64,000 nucleotides of DNA from an uncultured Planctomycetia bacterium (GTDB taxonomy: Bacteria > Omnitrophota > Gorgyraeia > Duberdicusellales > 4484-171): the NCBI GenBank assembly GCA_964489445.1, contig CAZAYU010000001.1, positions 4,394 through 68,393 of the forward strand, read 5' to 3'. Of the stretch, positions 49,138 through 60,869 are shown piece by piece. Below the pieces are notes generated by a model that worked only from the letters and a program-made list of their open reading frames with translations, was not told where the DNA came from and did not search any database. Numbering within the stretch: the stretch's first letter is position 1; every line of letters begins with the position of its first letter. Made by a program: the position numbers and the translations under genes.

Positions 49138-49998
49138 ATGGGAAAAATAGGAATTATAGGAGGAAGTGGGCTTTACAGTATTGAAGGGGTTGAAACAGTA
49201 AAAGAGATCCTGCCAAGCACACCCTATGGAAAGCCATCAGCAGCGCTAGCAATCGGAAAAATGAACGGCAAGGAATTAATTTTTCTTCCTCGTCACGGAA
49301 AACATCATCAAATCAGCCCTTCAGAAATAAACTATCGGGCAAATATTTACGCAATGAAATTATTAGGCGTTGATAAGATCCTTTCCGTTTCTGCCTGCGG
49401 GTCATTAAAAGAAAATTTAAAACCCACTGAATTTGTAATTCCTGATCAATTCGTTGATCGAACAAACCAAGCCAGAAAACATACTTTCTTCGAAAACGGA
49501 ATAGTTGCTCATATCAGCTTTGCACATCCAGTTTGCGAAAATCTATCCCTAGTTCTAAATGAAGCCTCAACAAAAACAGGTGCCAAAACGCACCATAAGG
49601 GTATTTATCTAAATATGGAAGGACCACAGTTTTCTACCCTCGCTGAATCAAATCTTTATCGCAGTTGGGGAATGGATATAATCGGAATGACCAACTTAGC
49701 AGAAGCAAGATTGTCCCGAGAAGCAGAAATCTGCTACACATGCCTAGCGGCGATCACCGATTATGACTGCTGGCACCCTAATCACGGAAGCGTCACTCTT
49801 GAAGCGATAATGAGCGTTTGCAAGAAAAACATTGAAAATTCGAAAAAAATAATAAAGAATTTTATCCTAGAAGTAGAAAGTGATAAAAAATGCTCTTGCC
49901 AAAATGCGCTAAGCCAGGCAATTGTAACTAATCCTAACTACATCTCTCCGGAAACAAAAAACAAGTTAGGAATAATGATTGATAAATATATCAAATAA
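49138..49998 (+). CDS. mtnP: S-methyl-5'-thioadenosine phosphorylase
   Basis: GIIGGSG, PRHG, EGPQFST, GMT and TDYDCW. Confidence 0.93.
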   Translation: MGKIGIIGGSGLYSIEGVETVKEILPSTPYGKPSAALAIGKMNGKELIFLPRHGKHHQISPSEINYRANIYAMKLLGVDKILSVSACGSLKENLKPTEFVIPDQFVDRTNQARKHTFFENGIVAHISFAHPVCENLSLVLNEASTKTGAKTHHKGIYLNMEGPQFSTLAESNLYRSWGMDIIGMTNLAEARLSREAEICYTCLAAITDYDCWHPNHGSVTLEAIMSVCKKNIENSKKIIKNFILEVESDKKCSCQNALSQAIVTNPNYISPETKNKLGIMIDKYIK

Positions 49999-50004
49999 AA
50001 CATA

Positions 50005-50910
50005 ATGAATAAAGATATTTTAGTCGTAGGGTCAGTCGCTTTAGACACAATAACCACGCCATTAGGCAAAGTAAAAGATGCTTTAGGTGGCTCGGCGGTA
50101 TATTTTTCAACCAGTGCAAGGATATTTAATCCAGTAAATATTGTAGCTGTTGTGGGAGAAGACTTCCCCAGAAAACATTTAGCCTATTTAAGAAAGAAAA
50201 AAATCAATCTTTCCGGACTAGAGATAGTCAAAGGAAAAACATTTCGCTGGGAAGGGGAATATAACTGGGATTTTTCTAATCCTCGAACAATCTCTACCCA
50301 TTTGAATGTATTTGCCGACTTTAAACCGAAAGTGCCAAAGATTCATCAAGATAATAAGTATGTTTTTTTGGCTAATATTGATCCAGAAGTTCAGAACAAA
50401 GTATTATCACAAATAACTAAGCCTAAAATAGTTGCTTGTGACACTATGAATTATTGGATTGAAAATAAGCTAAATCATTTATTAAAACTTCTGCGCCATG
50501 TAGACATCTTTTTAGTTAATGAATCAGAAGCACGCCAGATAACACAAGAAAATAATTTAGTTAAGGCCGGAAAAAAAATGTTAAAGCTCGGACCAAAAAT
50601 TATAATAGTTAAAAAAGGAGAACACGGGGTCTTATTATTTTTAGAAGACACTATATTCTCAATACCGGCGTTTTTGTTGGAGTCAGTTTTTGACCCTACT
50701 GGTGCCGGAGATACATTCGCTGGAGGCTTCATGGGTTATCTAGCATCTTGTTCAAAATATAGCAAAAAATCATTAAAAACAGCTCTGGTCTACGGAACAA
50801 TCATGGCTACTTTTGCTGTTGAAGATTTCAGCCTTGGCCGATTGGGCTCTGTAACTTTTTCAAAAATAACAACAAGACTGGAAAAATTTCGTAAATCATC
50901 ATTATTTTAA
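50005..50910 (+). CDS. PfkB family carbohydrate/nucleoside kinase
   Basis: LGGSAVY, KKGEHG and DPTGAGDTFAGG. Confidence 0.92.
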   Translation: MNKDILVVGSVALDTITTPLGKVKDALGGSAVYFSTSARIFNPVNIVAVVGEDFPRKHLAYLRKKKINLSGLEIVKGKTFRWEGEYNWDFSNPRTISTHLNVFADFKPKVPKIHQDNKYVFLANIDPEVQNKVLSQITKPKIVACDTMNYWIENKLNHLLKLLRHVDIFLVNESEARQITQENNLVKAGKKMLKLGPKIIIVKKGEHGVLLFLEDTIFSIPAFLLESVFDPTGAGDTFAGGFMGYLASCSKYSKKSLKTALVYGTIMATFAVEDFSLGRLGSVTFSKITTRLEKFRKSSLF

Positions 50911-53652
50911 ATGAATTATAAAAGCACACTAAACCTTCCACGAACGACTTTTCCAATGAAAGCTAACCTCACCATGCTTGAACCAAAAATGATTGAATCC
51001 TGGAAAAAACTAAACATCTACCAAAGACTATGTTCTGAACGAAAGGATGCTGATAAATTTATCCTTCATGATGGACCGCCTTATGCTAACGGATTAATTC
51101 ACATGGGGCATGCCTTAAACAAGATACTAAAAGATATTGTCCTAAAATACAAAACCTTAAGTGGATACAATTGTCCATTTATTGCTGGCTGGGATTGCCA
51201 TGGGCTTCCGGTAGAACACCAGTTATTTAAAGAATTGCAGCTGACTAAGCATGACGTTCAAATAGACATTTTTCGTAAAAAAGCAAGAAACTATGCCTTG
51301 AAATTTGTTAAGCTCCAAAAAGAAGGATTTATCCGACTAGGAATATTTAGTGATTGGGAAAATCCTTACTTGACAGTCAATAAACCTTACGAATACTCAG
51401 TAATGAAGCTTTTAGAAGATTTAACTTCAAAAGGCTACATCTACCGCGGCAGAAAACCAGTAAATTGGTGTACAGAATGCGAAACAGCGCTAGCAGAAGC
51501 AGAAGTTGAGTATGGAGATAAGGAATCTGACTCAATCTATTTCACATTTAAAGTTGCTGATGCTCAAAATTTGCTTCCTGCTAATTCTCATTTCTTAGTT
51601 TGGACAACCACACCTTGGACAATCGTTTCTAATGTGGCGGTGGCAATTCATCCAAAATTTGAATATTGTTTAGTTGGCTTTCAGGGAAGAAACATTATAC
51701 TCGGAAAAGAAATGTTGCCTGTATTGAGCAGAATTACTGAAAACGAGATAAAAATAATAAGAACATTTACAGGAGCTGCACTTGAAGGAATATCCATAAA
51801 CCACCCTTTTTTAAAAAAAGAAGTAAAAATCATTTTAGCTGATTTTATTTCAAATAAGGAAGGCAGCGGCTGTGTGCACATCGCTCCTGGACATGGGGCA
51901 GAAGATTTCTCGCTAGTAAAAAAGTATACCTTACCAATAATTATGCCTTTAGATCAACGCGGAATTTTTACTGAACCAAATGATTTTAAAGGAAAAGATA
52001 TTAAGTCTGCCGGTGCTTTAGTCGTTGACAAGCTAAAGAATAGTGGATCATTAATAAAGCATCAAAAGATAACTCACTCCTATCCTCATTGCTGGCGTTG
52101 TAAGCAACCAATAGTCTTTCGGGCTACTTTCCAATGGTTTTTAGATATATCACACAGTAATTTACGAAACCAGTTGCTGAACTTATCCGAGAAAACACAT
52201 TGGACTCCAAATTCTGGTGGCGAAAGAATGAAAGCAATGATAAAAAACAGGCCAGATTGGTGTCTTTCTCGACAACGTCTCTGGGGAATTCCAATCCCAG
52301 CAATAAGATGCACCTCGTGCAAGCAAACAATCCTTGCTCCAGAAATAATCGCTAAAACAGCAGAAATATTTTCCAAAGAAGGATCAGACTCCTGGTTTAC
52401 GCTACCAGTAGATGAATTTATTCCCACTGAATTTTATTGCCCTGACTGCAACAAAAAAGAATTTACCAAAGAGTACGATATATTAGATGTTTGGTTTGAA
52501 TCTGGCGCTAGTTTTTTAGGTGTGTTAAAAAGAAATAGTGACCTAGAATTTCCCGCTGATTTATACTTAGAAGGCAGCGACCAGCACAGAGGGTGGTTCC
52601 AAGTATCCTTAATTCTATCCGCCGCGAAAGAGAATGCAGCGCCCTTCAAACAAGTATTAACTCACGGATTCGTTGTTGATGGTGAGGGAAAGAAAATGTC
52701 AAAATCTTTAGGAAATGTTATCTCCCCTCAAGAAATATCTAAAAAATACGGAGCAGAAATCCTACGATTATGGACCGCTTACTCTAACTATTCTGAAGAC
52801 ATACGGATCTCGCAAGAAATAATAAACCAGCTTGTTGACATGTATCGCAAAATACGTAACACGATTCGTTTCATTCTCGGAAATATATCCGACTTTGCTC
52901 CCGATAAATTCAAAGTAGAGATTTCACAATTAATGGAGATAGACCAACTTGCTCTTAGTAAAGCATCTCTGCTGCTTGACGAGATTACTGAATGTTATGA
53001 TAATTTTAGCTTTTACAAAGTTTGTCAAAAACTATTTAACTTCTGTAATGTTGACTTAAGCGCTTTTTATCTTGACATTTTAAAAGACAGACTATATACT
53101 TTTTCTCAAAATTCTCTAGAGCGCAGAAGCGCCCAAAATGTTCTTTATCACATATTAAGTATACTTCTTGCAGTAATCGCCCCGATATTACCGTTTACTG
53201 CAGAAGAGGCATATTCTTGCTGGGAACAGCTACCAAATAAAAAGGATTCAATTTTTATTACTACTTTTAGTGAGATTAAAAGAAAAAACTGGCGGAATAA
53301 ACCCCTGGAAGAAAAATGGGAAAAAATAATTTTACTAAGAAATAAAATTCTAAAAGAGCTAGAAACATCAAGGAACAAAGGAGACATTGGAAGCTCATTA
53401 GAAAGTTCTGTTTGTGTAACTCTTCCACAACCGGATTTCAAGTTCTACACTGGTCACCAAGAAATACTAAAGGATATTTTAGTTGTTTCTGGGGTAGATA
53501 TTAAAGAAGGACCTTTCGGTATTGTCGTAAAAAAAGCAGAAGGCAAAAAATGCACCCGCTGTTGGATGTGGAGCCAATCAGTAGGAAATAATAAACAATA
53601 TCCAGACATCTGTAATAAATGCACAGAAGCATTAAAGGAGAGCAAAGCATGA
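50911..53652 (+). CDS. ileS: Isoleucine--tRNA ligase
   Basis: HDGPPYANG, HMGH, GWDCHGLP, EGSDQHRGWF, KMSKS and a C-terminal Zn finger. Confidence 0.98.
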   Translation: MNYKSTLNLPRTTFPMKANLTMLEPKMIESWKKLNIYQRLCSERKDADKFILHDGPPYANGLIHMGHALNKILKDIVLKYKTLSGYNCPFIAGWDCHGLPVEHQLFKELQLTKHDVQIDIFRKKARNYALKFVKLQKEGFIRLGIFSDWENPYLTVNKPYEYSVMKLLEDLTSKGYIYRGRKPVNWCTECETALAEAEVEYGDKESDSIYFTFKVADAQNLLPANSHFLVWTTTPWTIVSNVAVAIHPKFEYCLVGFQGRNIILGKEMLPVLSRITENEIKIIRTFTGAALEGISINHPFLKKEVKIILADFISNKEGSGCVHIAPGHGAEDFSLVKKYTLPIIMPLDQRGIFTEPNDFKGKDIKSAGALVVDKLKNSGSLIKHQKITHSYPHCWRCKQPIVFRATFQWFLDISHSNLRNQLLNLSEKTHWTPNSGGERMKAMIKNRPDWCLSRQRLWGIPIPAIRCTSCKQTILAPEIIAKTAEIFSKEGSDSWFTLPVDEFIPTEFYCPDCNKKEFTKEYDILDVWFESGASFLGVLKRNSDLEFPADLYLEGSDQHRGWFQVSLILSAAKENAAPFKQVLTHGFVVDGEGKKMSKSLGNVISPQEISKKYGAEILRLWTAYSNYSEDIRISQEIINQLVDMYRKIRNTIRFILGNISDFAPDKFKVEISQLMEIDQLALSKASLLLDEITECYDNFSFYKVCQKLFNFCNVDLSAFYLDILKDRLYTFSQNSLERRSAQNVLYHILSILLAVIAPILPFTAEEAYSCWEQLPNKKDSIFITTFSEIKRKNWRNKPLEEKWEKIILLRNKILKELETSRNKGDIGSSLESSVCVTLPQPDFKFYTGHQEILKDILVVSGVDIKEGPFGIVVKKAEGKKCTRCWMWSQSVGNNKQYPDICNKCTEALKESKA

Positions 53653-54041
53653 AACGTAAATTTACCAAAAAAGAATTAAACATCTATCGCGAACAACTGT
53701 TTAATCTTAAAGATGATGTGCTATCCCAAATTAGAGACATATCTGAGGACACATTGATGAAAAGTCAAAAAGAAATGTCTGGCGACATTTCTGGGTACGG
53801 AATTCACATCGCCGACGTAGCGACTGATAATTACGAAAGAGACTTTAATATCGGATTGGTCGCAAACGAGCGAAAAATCATAGCTAAAATCGACGATGCC
53901 CTAAAAAGAGTGGAAGAAAAGCTTTATGGAGATTGTGAAATGTGCAAAAAACCAATCGCTAAAACACGGTTAAACGCTATTCCTTACGCAAGATACTGCC
54001 GGAAATGCAAGGAAAAAATAGAAAAAGAAAATAAGGCGTAA
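53649..54041 (+). CDS. TraR/DksA C4 zinc-finger protein
   Basis: HIADVATD, YGDCEMC and RLNAIPYARYCRKC. Confidence 0.92.
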   Translation: MKRKFTKKELNIYREQLFNLKDDVLSQIRDISEDTLMKSQKEMSGDISGYGIHIADVATDNYERDFNIGLVANERKIIAKIDDALKRVEEKLYGDCEMCKKPIAKTRLNAIPYARYCRKCKEKIEKENKA

Positions 54042-54044
54042 CTT

Positions 54045-54515
54045 ATGTCCTTAACATGGCTTTTAACAGCCATAATATTTTCTGTTGATTTATTGGTTAA
54101 AACTCATCTAAGGATAAACTTTCCTCTACAATCAATACCATTAATTAATAATTTTCTGCACATAACGGTTATCTTTAACACCGGTGCAGCCTTTGGTATA
54201 TTCCGAGATAAGACTTTACCGCTGATAGTTATCGGAGTTATTTTCATTTTATTTTTTTTATTACTAATTAAAAATGAAATAAAAAACAGCTGCTGGTCTA
54301 AAATTGCCTGCGGATTGATTCTTGGCGGAGCAATATCCAACCTTTATGATCGAATTTCATTAGGGTATGTCGTAGATTACATTGATTTTCGAATTTGGCC
54401 AGTATTTAATATTTCTGACACTTGTATTACAGTCGGCGTATTTATTTTACTTTTCCAATCATTAAGAAAAAAATCCGACAAAGGTCTAGCTTACAAAAAA
54501 GATAATGGACAATAA
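54045..54515 (+). CDS. lspA: Lipoprotein signal peptidase II
   Basis: NTGAAFG, GAISNLYDR, VVDYID and FNISD. Confidence 0.95.
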   Translation: MSLTWLLTAIIFSVDLLVKTHLRINFPLQSIPLINNFLHITVIFNTGAAFGIFRDKTLPLIVIGVIFILFFLLLIKNEIKNSCWSKIACGLILGGAISNLYDRISLGYVVDYIDFRIWPVFNISDTCITVGVFILLFQSLRKKSDKGLAYKKDNGQ

Positions 54516-55407
54516 CAAGCAAAATATATTTATTGTGCCTGAAAATTGCCAAGGCATAAGACTAGATGCATTTTTAACAAAAAAAATGCCTGATTTCTCC
54601 CGCACTAAAATCCGTAGTCTCATCACAAAGAACCTAATCCTTGTAAACGATACGATAAAAAAGCCTTCTTTTTTCTTGCGACCAAAACAAAAAGTCTGTA
54701 TTCTGCATATCCCGGAAGAAAAAAATACATTGGAATCTTACAATTTTCCGGTTAAAATAATTTACGAAGACAACGACATTATGGTGGTGGACAAACCAAG
54801 CGGATTAACTGTTCATCCGCCACAAAAAAATTACAACCGAACTTTAGTAAACGCATTATTGTACCAACAAAAAACATTATCCAGCATTGATCCCCTAAGA
54901 CCGGGTATTGTTCATCGACTAGATAAGGAAACCAGTGGGCTGATGGTAGTTGCAAAAAACAATAATAGTCACAACAACCTTGTGCAACAGTTTAAAAGAA
55001 GAGAAGTGTACAAGCAATACAGGGCAATCGTTTGGGGAAAGATGGACAAAAATTATTTAGAAATAAACTTTCCATTGTGCCGAGACAAAAAAAACCGTTT
55101 AAAAATGAAAATTGGATTTCTCCAATCAAAAACTGCACTAACCAAGATTAAAGCTGATAAGACATTTAAAGATTCCAGTCTACTCTCAGTTGAACCTCAT
55201 ACTGGAAGAATGCACCAAATTAGAGTCCATCTTAGTTTTTTAGATTTCCCAATTGTTGGTGATCATAAATATGGAAAAAAAGATCACGTTGAACATTTGT
55301 TGCTTCATGCACAAAAACTAAAATTTCATCAGCCTTCAAGTAAAGCACAGTTAACATTTGAATTGCCCTTGCCTAAACGATTTAATGATTTTATTTTAAC
55401 CCATTAA
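54505..55407 (+). CDS. RluA/RluD family pseudouridine synthase
   Basis: S4 domain RLD, VHRLDKETSG and TGRMHQIRVH. Confidence 0.95.
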   Translation: MDNNKQNIFIVPENCQGIRLDAFLTKKMPDFSRTKIRSLITKNLILVNDTIKKPSFFLRPKQKVCILHIPEEKNTLESYNFPVKIIYEDNDIMVVDKPSGLTVHPPQKNYNRTLVNALLYQQKTLSSIDPLRPGIVHRLDKETSGLMVVAKNNNSHNNLVQQFKRREVYKQYRAIVWGKMDKNYLEINFPLCRDKKNRLKMKIGFLQSKTALTKIKADKTFKDSSLLSVEPHTGRMHQIRVHLSFLDFPIVGDHKYGKKDHVEHLLLHAQKLKFHQPSSKAQLTFELPLPKRFNDFILTH

Positions 55408-55419
55408 TAATATATACGT

Positions 55420-56748
55420 ATGTACAAAATTGCACGCATTAGAAAATTAAACACAGAAATACTTGTCCCTCCCGATAAATCAATCTCTCACCGAGCACTA
55501 ATTATTTCTTCCTTGGCTAAAGGTCAGACAACCATTGCCCCTTTCATTAAAAGTGAGGACACGTTAGCAACTTTGGAATGTATTAGGCGCTGCGGAGTAA
55601 ACATTAAAGTAAAAAACAAAACAAGCATCACCATCGAAGGATGTGGGCTACATTACCCACGCAAAAGAAAAATCTTTCTTTCCGCTGGAGAATCTGGAAC
55701 AACATTCCGGATATTTAGCGGAATTCTGTGTGGACAAAAATTTCCTGTACATTTTGACGCTTCATCGGCATTAAAAGCACGACCGATGAAAAGGATTACC
55801 TATCCTTTAAAAATGATGGGGGCAGATATCCAATCTAACTATAAAAAGAATGAAGAATACCCGCCATTTGCTATTAACCCAACAGAAAAAATATTCGGAA
55901 TTAAATACCGCCTTCCAATTCCCAGCGCACAAATAAAATCAGCAATACTGCTCGCATCTTTATACGCAAAAAACCCCACTCAAATCATTGAGCCATTTAT
56001 TTCTCGCAACCATACTGAATTAATGCTTAAGGAATTTAGGTCTTTAATCAAAAAAAACGGAAAAACTATAACTTTAAAACCCGGAAAACAGCTGATAACT
56101 CCCGGGAATATTTTTATTCCTTCTGACTTTTCTTCAGCCGCTTTTTTTATTGTACTCGGCTTAATATCAAAAAATTCAAGTATATTAATAAAAAATGTAA
56201 ATCTTAACTCTACACGCTGCGGACTTTTATCGGTATTAAAAAGAATGGGAGCAAACATAAAAATCTTTAATTTAAAAAAATATTTTGAACCCTACGGAGA
56301 CATTTTAGTCAAAAGTTCAAGCTTAGCTGGAACAACTGTAGAAGAAAAAGAAATACCATTAATAGTTGATGAAATCCCCATATTATGTGTAGCAGCAAAT
56401 TTTGCCAATAGTCCAACAACAATAAACGGACTGAATGAATTAAAAGTCAAAGAAACTGACAGAATAGCATCAACTATGCACAATATTAACCAGACTGGCG
56501 GAAAAGCTGTTACTCAAAGATATAGGAATAAGTCAGGGCAAAACTGGCAATTAAAAATATTTCCGTTTAAAAATCAAAAAATAGCTAAATTCAAAAGTTT
56601 TTCTGACCACCGAACAGCAATGAGCTCAATTATATTAGGGTCAGCACTAGACAAGCCTTCAACACTAGACAGTACTAGCTGCATAAATAAATCGTTTCCG
56701 GGATTCACCCATTTATTCGAATCCCTAGCTAAAGCATCTTGCAGATAA
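55420..56748 (+). CDS. aroA: EPSP synthase
   Basis: DKSISHRA, SAQIKSA, DFSSAAF, KETDRI and DHRTAM. Confidence 0.95.
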   Translation: MYKIARIRKLNTEILVPPDKSISHRALIISSLAKGQTTIAPFIKSEDTLATLECIRRCGVNIKVKNKTSITIEGCGLHYPRKRKIFLSAGESGTTFRIFSGILCGQKFPVHFDASSALKARPMKRITYPLKMMGADIQSNYKKNEEYPPFAINPTEKIFGIKYRLPIPSAQIKSAILLASLYAKNPTQIIEPFISRNHTELMLKEFRSLIKKNGKTITLKPGKQLITPGNIFIPSDFSSAAFFIVLGLISKNSSILIKNVNLNSTRCGLLSVLKRMGANIKIFNLKKYFEPYGDILVKSSSLAGTTVEEKEIPLIVDEIPILCVAANFANSPTTINGLNELKVKETDRIASTMHNINQTGGKAVTQRYRNKSGQNWQLKIFPFKNQKIAKFKSFSDHRTAMSSIILGSALDKPSTLDSTSCINKSFPGFTHLFESLAKASCR

Positions 56749-56864
56749 AGAACAAGGAAATTCCTACAGCATTAAGACCATTTTTAAACAAAAAGAACAA
56801 ATTGCATTCTAAAACATCTCTGCTAAAATAGATTAGAATGGGTACTAAATATAGGAGGATGCAT

Positions 56865-57719
56865 ATGAAGAAAAATTTTACTATTGTCGAAATAATAATC
56901 GTATTAGTTATAATTAGTATAGTTGCCACATTTGCAATACCTGCCTACAAAAACATTATAGAAAAGTCAAAAGCAGAAACATGTAAAATGAATCTTAGAG
57001 TCCTCTTGGGAGCAGTAGAAACATATGCTATCGAAAACGACGAATTGCCTGCGTCTTTGGGGCAATTACAAAAAAAGGATTTAGAAAAATCTTGGGCAAA
57101 AATATTAAAAAAAGATAACTCTTGGAGAATAAAACTCGTTTACTGGATAGTTGATTTCAAGCAATACGGATTAGCATACGCTCAAGAAGGATGGATAGGA
57201 AGATACATCGGAGACTTAAAATATTTTACCTGCCCTGCTGATGAAACTCCACCTCCAGCTGGACATTCTTACGGAATCAACCAGCTAGTAACGAGCATGC
57301 CTTTTGCCGAATATCGCGTCCTACAAAAAAATAGTATTCCCATTATTGCTGACTGCGATGATCCAATCTTTACTACTACTTTAGCTAAACGTCACAAACA
57401 ATTCACAATTACTGGCACAATTAAATACGCACAAGAGATAAAAAAGGGAGATGAGGTATCTTCCGTGCCTGAAGGTAGTGAGCAGATGATAGATGATGAG
57501 CCTGGGGTGGAGGATGAGCCTGAGGTGGAGGATGAGCCTGAGGTGGAGGATGAGCCTGCAGTAGGCACTCCGTGTGCAGAATGTACTACTACAAAATACA
57601 CATGTATGGATGCATGTGATTCAATACGCCAAGAAAATCCTGAAGAACAATACTTATGGGACATATGCATAAGTAATTGCACTTCCGACAAAATGTTATG
57701 CGAAAATAATTGTTATTAA
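56865..57719 (+). CDS. Type IV pilin / T2SS pseudopilin-like protein, paralog 1 (acidic repeat plus Cys-rich tail)
   Basis: MKKNFTIVEIIIVLVIISIVATFAIP prepilin-like N-terminus; AGGAGG RBS. Confidence 0.8.
   Translation: MKKNFTIVEIIIVLVIISIVATFAIPAYKNIIEKSKAETCKMNLRVLLGAVETYAIENDELPASLGQLQKKDLEKSWAKILKKDNSWRIKLVYWIVDFKQYGLAYAQEGWIGRYIGDLKYFTCPADETPPPAGHSYGINQLVTSMPFAEYRVLQKNSIPIIADCDDPIFTTTLAKRHKQFTITGTIKYAQEIKKGDEVSSVPEGSEQMIDDEPGVEDEPEVEDEPEVEDEPAVGTPCAECTTTKYTCMDACDSIRQENPEEQYLWDICISNCTSDKMLCENNCY
57495..57558 (+). repeat. 18-bp tandem repeat x3.5 encoding (DEPEVE)n
   Basis: gatgagcctg(g/a)ggtggag units. Confidence 0.9.
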
Positions 57720-57788
57720 TTGTAAAGTCTTGCTTTAAATGTCATTGATAAAAAAACACCTAATAACTTTTACAATATGGAGGGACAA

Positions 57789-58478
<690 letters not shown>

Positions 58479-58531
58479 CATAGAAAAGGCTAATCATAAA
58501 ATAAACAAATTAGCTAACACTAGAGTAAACA

Positions 58532-60805
58532 ATGAAAAAAAAGAAATATTTATTCTTTCTTGTTGTGATGTTAATTTGCTTGATTGCTTTTTTACATCCA
58601 CCAATATCATCTCTAAAGATAGAAGACTTAGTTAGTAATCTTTTTTATGCCGTTGATAAACAAAACCAGAAAAATAAAAAAATAGTCGTAGTCGAGATTG
58701 ATAACGATTCCCTGAAAGAATCCGGGAACCAGTGGCCATTACGCCGCAGCTTACAGGCTAAGCTGCTAAACACTCTGCAGAAAGAAAATCCAAAAGTAAT
58801 TAGCTTTGATATTACATTCATCGGAGATAGCGCGATTTCCAAAGATGACCAAGAGTTTCTCTCTGCAATTATTAATTTAAAAAATAAAGTAGTTCTTGCT
58901 TATTTTCTTGACCAAGAAAGTAACCCGGTGTACCCCAAGAATGAATTTAAAGAAGCAGCGCTTTGCGGATTCATTAACACTCCTATCGACCGCGATAAAA
59001 TTATTAGGAAAGTGAGAACTTATTTTAAAAAAAAGGACTTCTCTGATTTTTCTTGGGTCGCCAAAACATCTTCTGTATTCCTTGACTCACCTCTTAAAGA
59101 ATACACCCGGTTCGTTAGTTTAAAAGACCGAATAATTCCTGTAAATGAGGCAGGAATAACCCAAATAAATTATACTTTTAAACCGGAAGACTTTACAAGA
59201 ATTTCTTTCAAAAACGTCATTGATGAAAATTTCCCGTCTGGATTTTTTACTAATAAAATAGTACTAGTTGCGCCTACATTAAAAATAGCCCACGATATAC
59301 ACGCAACACCATTAGGCCAAATGCCGGGAATTTTTATTCATGCGAATGCAATCTCCAACATCTTAAACAAAAACTTTATCCATAATGTACCTTTGTTTAT
59401 TAATTTACTACTTCTAGTTATTACTTTATCTTTGGTTAGTTACATTTTAATAAGATTTAGTTTCTTGCGCCGGGTAATTCTTTCTCTAGGATTACTCATT
59501 GCTTTAATCTGGGCAGATGTTTTTTTGCGTTTTTTTGGCTGGCAATTCGCCTGTGGAAAAATAGTATTCTCTAGTTTATGTTTATTGGTGATAGGAAGTG
59601 TTTACGCTTATGTTGACTTTCTTAGACATATAATCCAGATAAAAAACAGAATGACTATCGATCCTTTATCCGGATTAAATAACCGAAGATACTTCTTTGA
59701 GCGATTGCAATTCGAAATAAAAAACATTTTCGGTAAAAAAGGATATTTAATCATAATTAAAATAAACGGCTTGCATTTCGCCACCAAATCTAAAACTTTT
59801 GACAATATACGTAACATCTGGCAACAACTATCTGAATATTTATTAGCTACTTCTAAGCTGTGGTCAAGATACGATGAGGAAATAATTTTGGGAAAAATAA
59901 ATACTACTGTAAAAATCCTAGAAATTAAGGAATACCTGCAAAATGCAATGGCTGATAAAAAAATCAAAGCGAATATTAAAATCGGATATTTAAAGCTAAG
60001 ATCCGCTAATTTTAATATTACTTCAGCAATACCATTTTTAATCAAGAAAATAGATACATCAGAACAGGAATTATTGGAGTTTAAAAAAGAGGATGTAGCT
60101 GCTTATCTAAAAAGATATGCACACAATGAAAACTTTTTATCTTCGCTAAGTACAGACACAGAAGAAAAAAATAAACATCTTTTAGATACAATCGAAAAAC
60201 TAAAAAACGAAGAAAAAAAGACCCAAGAAGCATACCTACAACTAATCTCATCATTAATCATAGCACTAGAATCTAAGGACCCCTACACTGAAGGCCACAC
60301 CACAAGAGTAGCTAGATATACTAAACTTTTGGCGGAAACGTTAGATTTGCCTCAAGAAGAAATTGACAATGCAGAGAAAGCCGCTTTCTTGCATGATCTG
60401 GGAAAAATCGGAACACCGGACTCAATCCTCCACAAGAGAGGACAATTAACCGAAGATGAATTCTTAATAATTAAAAAACACCAAACGCTAAGCGGCAAAA
60501 TTTTAGAGCCTATAAAAAGATTTAAAGAACTCATCCCTTACGTTGTTCATCACCACGAAAGCTTCGATGGCAGCGGATACCCGCATGGATTAGCCGGAGA
60601 ATTCATTCCTTTAGGTGCACGAATAATCGCCGTAGCTGATATATTTGATGCGTTAACTACCGGCAGAGACTACCGCGAAGCTCTTTCTGCCAAAAAAGCT
60701 ACAGACATGTTAATCGAAATGAAAGGAACGAAATTGGACCCCAAATTAGTAGATATATTTTTAGAATCATTAAAGAAAACAAGGATAATCGACAACTCTT
60801 CTTAA
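58532..60805 (+). CDS. CHASE2 sensor with degenerate GGDEF and HD-GYP c-di-GMP phosphodiesterase domains
   Basis: CHASE2 (VVVEID, QWP, MPGIFIHAN) and 3 TM helices; DPLSGLNNRRYF without the GGDEF motif; HDLGK and HHESFDGSGYP. Confidence 0.9.
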   Translation: MKKKKYLFFLVVMLICLIAFLHPPISSLKIEDLVSNLFYAVDKQNQKNKKIVVVEIDNDSLKESGNQWPLRRSLQAKLLNTLQKENPKVISFDITFIGDSAISKDDQEFLSAIINLKNKVVLAYFLDQESNPVYPKNEFKEAALCGFINTPIDRDKIIRKVRTYFKKKDFSDFSWVAKTSSVFLDSPLKEYTRFVSLKDRIIPVNEAGITQINYTFKPEDFTRISFKNVIDENFPSGFFTNKIVLVAPTLKIAHDIHATPLGQMPGIFIHANAISNILNKNFIHNVPLFINLLLLVITLSLVSYILIRFSFLRRVILSLGLLIALIWADVFLRFFGWQFACGKIVFSSLCLLVIGSVYAYVDFLRHIIQIKNRMTIDPLSGLNNRRYFFERLQFEIKNIFGKKGYLIIIKINGLHFATKSKTFDNIRNIWQQLSEYLLATSKLWSRYDEEIILGKINTTVKILEIKEYLQNAMADKKIKANIKIGYLKLRSANFNITSAIPFLIKKIDTSEQELLEFKKEDVAAYLKRYAHNENFLSSLSTDTEEKNKHLLDTIEKLKNEEKKTQEAYLQLISSLIIALESKDPYTEGHTTRVARYTKLLAETLDLPQEEIDNAEKAAFLHDLGKIGTPDSILHKRGQLTEDEFLIIKKHQTLSGKILEPIKRFKELIPYVVHHHESFDGSGYPHGLAGEFIPLGARIIAVADIFDALTTGRDYREALSAKKATDMLIEMKGTKLDPKLVDIFLESLKKTRIIDNSS

Positions 60806-60869
60806 CTTCCCATCCACATTTTTTAAGTAGTCCTTGACATTCTCAGATAATGACGATAATTTAATAGCT

